A DNA stretch of 64,000 nt, taken from the IMG/VR virus record IMGVR_UViG_3300042988_001200; one strand, written 5' to 3'. Below the pieces are notes generated by a model. The model saw nothing but the letters and a program-made list of their open reading frames with translations, was not told the DNA's origin and did no database searches. Source of the DNA: a virus. Taxonomy: Duplodnaviria; Caudoviricetes. Positions 59,280-64,000 of the stretch are shown one piece after another; position 1 is the stretch's first letter, and each line of letters begins with the position of its first letter. The position numbers and the translations under genes were made by a program.

Positions 59280-59473
59280 TATACTTAATTATGTTATACA
59301 AACTTAATGTTGAATATCTTGTTTATGGAGAATTAGAAGTAGAAGCTGAGACAGAAGAGGAAGCAATTAGTTCTACTTATGATATGGAACCCTCTTTTTC
59401 TATCCCAGAGGGATTTAATTATGAGGTAAGTATTAATACTAACTACCCCTCTTCTTCCTCAGACTGTGAATAA
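59255..59473 (+). CDS. small acidic hypothetical protein
   Basis: EVEAETEEEA motif; start probably MLYKL. Confidence 0.5.
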   Translation: MLLYIKNSLYLIMLYKLNVEYLVYGELEVEAETEEEAISSTYDMEPSFSIPEGFNYEVSINTNYPSSSSDCE

Positions 59474-59474
59474 T

Positions 59475-60047
59475 TTATGGGTTTTTACATGTTGAAATAA
59501 AGAACTTGGGAGATACTTCTCTTGTTAACCATACGGTTTTAGGCTTTGTCTCCCAAAATAATAACCCCTCCTCTTGCATTAATTTACTGTTAATACTAAC
59601 TATATAACTAGGTAAATTAACTTTTCTACCATTTCTATCTCCTATTTGTCTGGCTGATTCTCTCTTAGTAGAAAGGTGAACTAGATATCTGGATATAGGT
59701 AATATACCTTTTTCTTTTATATCTTTAACTCTATCTTCGGTTAATCCGTGATATAAAATAGGGGGTGGAGTTTTAGGTTTATCTAATATTGGATAAGGAA
59801 AACTATGACCATAACAAGCTCTAATAATAGTGTTATTCCTTTCAAATCTCTTATTATTCTTAATGAAACTGGTTATATCCTCACTAGTTATATCTTCTAA
59901 ACCTATAATCTCATTAATTAATTTAGTAACTTCTTGTACATTAAACCACCCTCCCTCATTAGTTTTATTACCACAGTGTCTTAATATATAACATAAAGAT
60001 TTAGATAACTTAGTTAATTTAGTTTTAGTAGCATCTTTAATTGTCAT
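59475..60047 (-). CDS. kptA: RNA 2'-phosphotransferase (Tpt1/KptA)
   Basis: KLSKSLCYILRH, GGWF, KRFE, IRACYGHS, ILYHG, GILPISRYLVHLS. Confidence 0.92.
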   Translation of the reverse strand: MTIKDATKTKLTKLSKSLCYILRHCGNKTNEGGWFNVQEVTKLINEIIGLEDITSEDITSFIKNNKRFERNNTIIRACYGHSFPYPILDKPKTPPPILYHGLTEDRVKDIKEKGILPISRYLVHLSTKRESARQIGDRNGRKVNLPSYIVSINSKLMQEEGLLFWETKPKTVWLTREVSPKFFISTCKNP

Positions 60048-60426
60048 AAGGTTCTACCTTTATAGGAGAAAAATAAAGATTATCTTTTTCTATTGAACTA
60101 GGATATTTATTCTCTGTAACTACATAATTCTTACATTCAGGAATGTATTCTTCTAGAATGGTTAATTTCTCCTTTGAATTTAAAGGATTTATATAACTCT
60201 TTTTATCTATTAGAACTAATTCCTTTTCTACAAAGCATCCATTAATTAGATGAATAGTTCTATTCTCTAGGTTCTTATATAACTCATTTAACTTAAATTC
60301 ATTAAAAGAGTATATATCTAAAGGTTTAAAACTACTACATATAGACTTATTTCCTTTTATTAAACATATATTTTCTATATATTTAGAGCATCTTTTACAT
60401 CCATTATTCTTTGAGTTAAAGTTCAT
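60037..60426 (-). CDS. hypothetical protein with N-terminal Cys cluster
   Basis: CKRC...C...C. Confidence 0.5.
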   Translation of the reverse strand: MNFNSKNNGCKRCSKYIENICLIKGNKSICSSFKPLDIYSFNEFKLNELYKNLENRTIHLINGCFVEKELVLIDKKSYINPLNSKEKLTILEEYIPECKNYVVTENKYPSSIEKDNLYFSPIKVEPYDN

Positions 60427-60464
60427 ATTTATATACTTAGAGTCTTTTAATTCATTATATAACT

Positions 60465-60920
60465 CTAATGATAATTAAAGGATTCTATCCTTTTCTCTAA
60501 TAGAAATAGACTATAGTCCTCATCAGAGGGATTAAGATTAACTACATCCTTTATATTATTTATAAGTAAACCATCTCTAAATCTATATTTAGTAATGCCA
60601 AGAAGGACTTTAGTATTAGGTAACTTAAGATTTATATAGTCATTATCTATTAGAATCTCTACTTTTCCTTCTAATAACTTATCGAGAGCATTAATGTCCT
60701 CTTCTCTAAATATAAGACTTATTGTTTTATTTTTGTCTAATTCAATAAACTCATCTTTGTAATCTTTAATTAAAGTTCCTTTAATTACAAATTCTAATCT
60801 CTTACTTCTACTATTAAACTTCTTATCAGCTCTAATTCCTAATCCGTTTATATTACCTAACTTAATAATGTTGTTATCTGAATATCTCTTTACGGTTCTA
60901 ATAAGCTGAACTTTAATCAT
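60465..60920 (-). CDS. hypothetical protein
   Basis: 151-aa ORF. Confidence 0.5.
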   Translation of the reverse strand: MIKVQLIRTVKRYSDNNIIKLGNINGLGIRADKKFNSRSKRLEFVIKGTLIKDYKDEFIELDKNKTISLIFREEDINALDKLLEGKVEILIDNDYINLKLPNTKVLLGITKYRFRDGLLINNIKDVVNLNPSDEDYSLFLLEKRIESFNYH

Positions 60921-60921
60921 T

Positions 60922-61347
60922 TTAAATACATTTAAATGGTTCTATAGCTTTTAATAATCTAAGGGTTCTAATCTCCTCTTTTTGATTTATTAGTTCTTTT
61001 ACTATACTAAGGGTCAAGTTACTATAACTAATCTTAATACTAATAGTAAATATACCTACATCTTTTTCTTCTAAAATAACTCTATCATTAACTAAAAGAA
61101 CCTTATTATTTTCAAATAGTAGACTTAAGTTTTCTTCTAATTGTCTTCTTTTATCTAGACTAGGAGTAAATATTAGACTAGGATTAGTAAAATATTGAAT
61201 CTTTGGAGAGTAATATAGTCTAGATAGACTACTGTACTGTTCATAAATATAAGATTGCGTAGGTTCTATTTGAATATAACCTTCTAAAAGAATATATTTA
61301 TTACTATAAGTATCACTTGTAATCCTATATTTAATCTCTTTATTCAT
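60922..61347 (-). CDS. hypothetical protein
   Basis: 141-aa ORF with AGGAG RBS. Confidence 0.5.
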   Translation of the reverse strand: MNKEIKYRITSDTYSNKYILLEGYIQIEPTQSYIYEQYSSLSRLYYSPKIQYFTNPSLIFTPSLDKRRQLEENLSLLFENNKVLLVNDRVILEEKDVGIFTISIKISYSNLTLSIVKELINQKEEIRTLRLLKAIEPFKCI

Positions 61348-61371
61348 TACAGTTCGACTCCTATATAAGAA

Positions 61372-61400
61372 ATATCCCTCTCATTAATAGAGAGGGATAT
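61372..61400 (-). terminator. 11-bp stem-loop
   Basis: ATATCCCTCTC-7 nt-GAGAGGGATAT followed by TTCTT on the minus strand. Confidence 0.65.
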
Positions 61401-61405
61401 AACTA

Positions 61406-61534
61406 CTAACCACTATATTTTAAAGAACCTGGTTTAGTAAATCCACTAGAATCTTTACTTCTTTTAATGGTTAGTTCATATTCTTTAACTCTAGCTTCTA
61501 GAGTTTTCTTTACTTTTAATACTTTCTTATTCAT
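61406..61534 (-). CDS. 42-aa basic small protein, not in ORF track
   Basis: MNKKVLKVKKTLEARVKEYELTIKRSKDSSGFTKPGSLKYSG; overlaps the upstream stop; GGAGG RBS. Confidence 0.5.
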   Translation of the reverse strand: MNKKVLKVKKTLEARVKEYELTIKRSKDSSGFTKPGSLKYSG

Positions 61535-61841
61535 TGTAAGGTCCTCCATGTAGTTCAATAACACTTTCTATAACTTCTAAAGAAACATTTAAGTATACAT
61601 TATCTTTAGACTTATATGGATATAGCATAAAGCTAAAGGGGCCATTATAAATAACATTAGCTTTAAGATAATAAAAGTTCTCTAGATTCTTACTAGGATG
61701 GTTAAGATTCTTTTCTAGAGGATTAGCTTTTATTGTAATAGAAGTTCCATCCCGACATATAAACTCTGGATTACTCCAAGTAGTATAGTCTGTAAGTGAA
61801 GTATTATACTGTCTAGTTGTGTATAACCATTGTTTTAACAT
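61527..61841 (-). CDS. conserved phage hypothetical protein
   Basis: ICRDGTSITIKA...VYLNVSLEVIESVIELHGG, a recurrent phage family motif. Confidence 0.55.
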   Translation of the reverse strand: MLKQWLYTTRQYNTSLTDYTTWSNPEFICRDGTSITIKANPLEKNLNHPSKNLENFYYLKANVIYNGPFSFMLYPYKSKDNVYLNVSLEVIESVIELHGGPYNE

Positions 61842-61849
61842 ATATACCT

Positions 61850-62059
61850 CTATGAGAAATACTCATTATATAAATCTAAAAGAGCTTGTGGATTATATAA
61901 GTCTTGTCTAATATACCATTCATATGGAGACTTAGGATTAAATACTACTCCCTGAGCTCCTAGTAACTCACTCATACTCTGTCTCTCCTCTATAGTTTTA
62001 GATTGCTGTCGAAGAGTAATTAGACTATCTACAATGGTTCTTAAATCAAATTGACTCAT
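61850..62059 (-). CDS. hypothetical protein
   Basis: 69-aa ORF. Confidence 0.5.
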   Translation of the reverse strand: MSQFDLRTIVDSLITLRQQSKTIEERQSMSELLGAQGVVFNPKSPYEWYIRQDLYNPQALLDLYNEYFS

Positions 62060-62919
62060 TATCTTTTTAATAAATAAACGTATTTATCAGGGTTTTCTTC
62101 TTCTGGATTATATAGATATATATCATTATCTATATAGATACTGTCAGTGGATTTGTATTTTAAGCTCTGAATATTTCTCCTTATTAACTCTTTATAATAC
62201 TCTAATGCTAAACTATCATCATTAATCTGGTCTATTTCTATATCTTTAAATATATACTTAACTCTTGAATCTAGATGTTTAAACCTAGTTATACATATAA
62301 GAGTTTCCTGTTTACTTATATATTCGATTATAGATAGGACTTCTCTCTTATAATTACCCTTTCCTTCATATATAGAGACTAACCCAATGGGTCTTATCTT
62401 TAAGACTTCATTATAATTTAAATCCCCCTTTATTAATGTTTTATATAAACTTATATAATAAGCAGAGTTAATTATAGATAAAATACTGGGAAATATAGAT
62501 AAGTTCCAATACTTATTTATAATAATTAACTCATTACCTTTATATTTATACTCTATATACTCATCTTTAATAGGAGTAACAAAGTATTTAGGTATTATAA
62601 ATACATTCTTTTCTATAGATATATATCTATAAAAGGGTTCTTTAATAGGATAGAAATTGTATTTATCTGTATATAAAACCTTATCTTTATAAGAGGCAAT
62701 CCACTTAAGATTAAGGATATCTATATAGTTAATATAATTATCTAAACTACTAACCTCTTTATAATCCTTTATACCCTTCCTATTTTCTTGTACTTTCTCA
62801 TCTATAAAATGTAAGTATCTACAACCTAAAGGGTCTAGTTCTAATCTATTATCTATGAAGTAATGGGTCTCATTCTCTACTTTAATTACATATAAGGAGG
62901 TGCTTCCTAGCTTATTCAT
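62059..62919 (-). CDS. hypothetical protein
   Basis: 286-aa ORF. Confidence 0.5.
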   Translation of the reverse strand: MNKLGSTSLYVIKVENETHYFIDNRLELDPLGCRYLHFIDEKVQENRKGIKDYKEVSSLDNYINYIDILNLKWIASYKDKVLYTDKYNFYPIKEPFYRYISIEKNVFIIPKYFVTPIKDEYIEYKYKGNELIIINKYWNLSIFPSILSIINSAYYISLYKTLIKGDLNYNEVLKIRPIGLVSIYEGKGNYKREVLSIIEYISKQETLICITRFKHLDSRVKYIFKDIEIDQINDDSLALEYYKELIRRNIQSLKYKSTDSIYIDNDIYLYNPEEENPDKYVYLLKR

Positions 62920-62944
62920 ATATCTAATTAGTCATTAATCTAGT

Positions 62945-62968
62945 AGGGAGAGATGATTATCTCTCCCT
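62945..62968 (-). terminator. terminator after ileS
   Basis: AGGGAGAGAT-GATT-ATCTCTCCCT. Confidence 0.65.
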
Positions 62969-62976
62969 TAATGCTA

Positions 62977-64000
62977 TTAAGTCTCTAATTGTTTACATCT
63001 AGAACAGAGTTTAGTAGATTGATTATTAACAATAGTCTCATATAAATCCACCTTATTCCAACATCTAGGACATTTATTCTTCTCGCTTAAGGAGATTGAA
63101 AGTTCATTAATAGAGATAGAAAATAACAATTCACTTACTCCTAGATAGCAACTGATAAGTTCTTTAGAGAGGTTATCTAGAGATAAAGTCTGTACTAAAT
63201 CAATAGGGAACTCTACCTTTAAATCTAGTTTAGACTTAGCCTCTTTATTAGTTTTATACCTTTCAAAGGTAAGATTCACTTCATCTCTAGTGGGGTTAAG
63301 AGTATTAAAATCATAGACTTGTTCTAGAAGATTAAATTCTACAGGGTTCTCTAGAAGGTTAGAGTCTAGATAAATACTAGTTTCATTTACTAGACTAGGA
63401 CAAATGGGTTCTAATACTTTAATAAAACCCTGGAGTAAATAGAAAAGAACATATTGACATCCTACCCTTTCATTACTATTAATGCCATCAATATATAATC
63501 TATCCTTAGAAAGATTACTATAAGAAGACATAATCCTCTTTAATTCTTGTATTGAATTGATAACTAAATGAAAGTTATAGTAGTTATACTCCTCATTACA
63601 GGACTTTAATTCTTCATTAAACTGTTGAATAATGAAGTTATCTAGAGGAGTATAGAAACTAGAAGGATAATTAGAAGGTTTAAAGTCTTTAATATTACCC
63701 AGAATGAATTTAATAATGTTCCTAAAGTCATTATATAGAGACACCATTTGAGTTTCTACTGTCTCTGATAAGATAATATCTTTAGTGAAGTCTTGGTTTA
63801 GAACTAGTAATCTTAAGATATCAGAGGAATAAGTCTTTAATAAATCTAGGGGATTAGTAACATTACCCTTAGATTTACTCATCTTATTACCCCTTTCATC
63901 TAGAGTAAATCCATGTACTAGTAGTTTAGAGAAGGGAATCTGTTCCTTTAGTGCATAGGTGATAATTAAAGATGATTGGAACCATCCTCTATATTGGTCT
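62977..64000 (-). CDS. ileS: isoleucyl-tRNA synthetase (bacterial type 1), 5' truncated by window
   Basis: Frame stays open past the ORF-track start: DQYRGWFQSSL...VHGFTLDERGNKMSKSKGN (KMSKS); anticodon domain LSKDRLY; C-terminal zinc finger CPRCW...LCSRC. Confidence 0.93.
   Translation of the reverse strand, partial: DQYRGWFQSSLIITYALKEQIPFSKLLVHGFTLDERGNKMSKSKGNVTNPLDLLKTYSSDILRLLVLNQDFTKDIILSETVETQMVSLYNDFRNIIKFILGNIKDFKPSNYPSSFYTPLDNFIIQQFNEELKSCNEEYNYYNFHLVINSIQELKRIMSSYSNLSKDRLYIDGINSNERVGCQYVLFYLLQGFIKVLEPICPSLVNETSIYLDSNLLENPVEFNLLEQVYDFNTLNPTRDEVNLTFERYKTNKEAKSKLDLKVEFPIDLVQTLSLDNLSKELISCYLGVSELLFSISINELSISLSEKNKCPRCWNKVDLYETIVNNQSTKLCSRCKQLET

Noticed and set aside
61349-61364. GTTCGACTC resembling a tRNA T-loop
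   Set aside because: Flanks do not form a T-stem and there is no cloverleaf; on the minus strand it is the AGGAG RBS of the 60922-61347 gene.
1-64000. Stop-codon reassignment (TAG recoding)
   Set aside because: Genes are intact and tightly packed under code 11, and several end in TAG directly before the next start.

Overview
64-kb segment of a very AT-rich (roughly 30% GC by eye), densely coding large lytic phage genome. The host is almost certainly a cyanobacterium, probably freshwater: the window encodes an Hli, an NblA, a cyanobacterial-type lysozyme-like protein and an RpoD-like sigma. + strand: the RecA 3' end, two tail fibre/tailspike clusters (1.9-10 kb and 43.7-50.7 kb), groES/groEL-like genes, Hsp20, an exonuclease and PrsW. 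- strand: replication and nucleotide genes (class II RNR, PduO-like adenosyltransferase, ThyX, deaminase, dNMP kinase, two helicases), translation genes (bS21, IleRS running off the right end), and host-takeover genes (sigma70, ClpC, MoxR-vWA, Hli, tandem NblA, macrodomain, Tpt1, degenerate photolyase). The top candidate for a new system is a complete, translationally coupled ubiquitin-like conjugation cassette (E2-JAB-Ubl-E1, 51449-54220) carried by the phage. It occurs with a single-chain NblA dimer and a ClpP-docking ClpC, which suggests a phage-run protein tagging/degradation or anti-defence pathway. Also notable: a free-standing intein with no exteins, several apparent pseudo-enzymes, and long perfect inverted repeats in most intergenic gaps. 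No tRNA, CRISPR array, integrase or reverse transcriptase was seen. All calls come from motif recognition by eye; no database searches were run.
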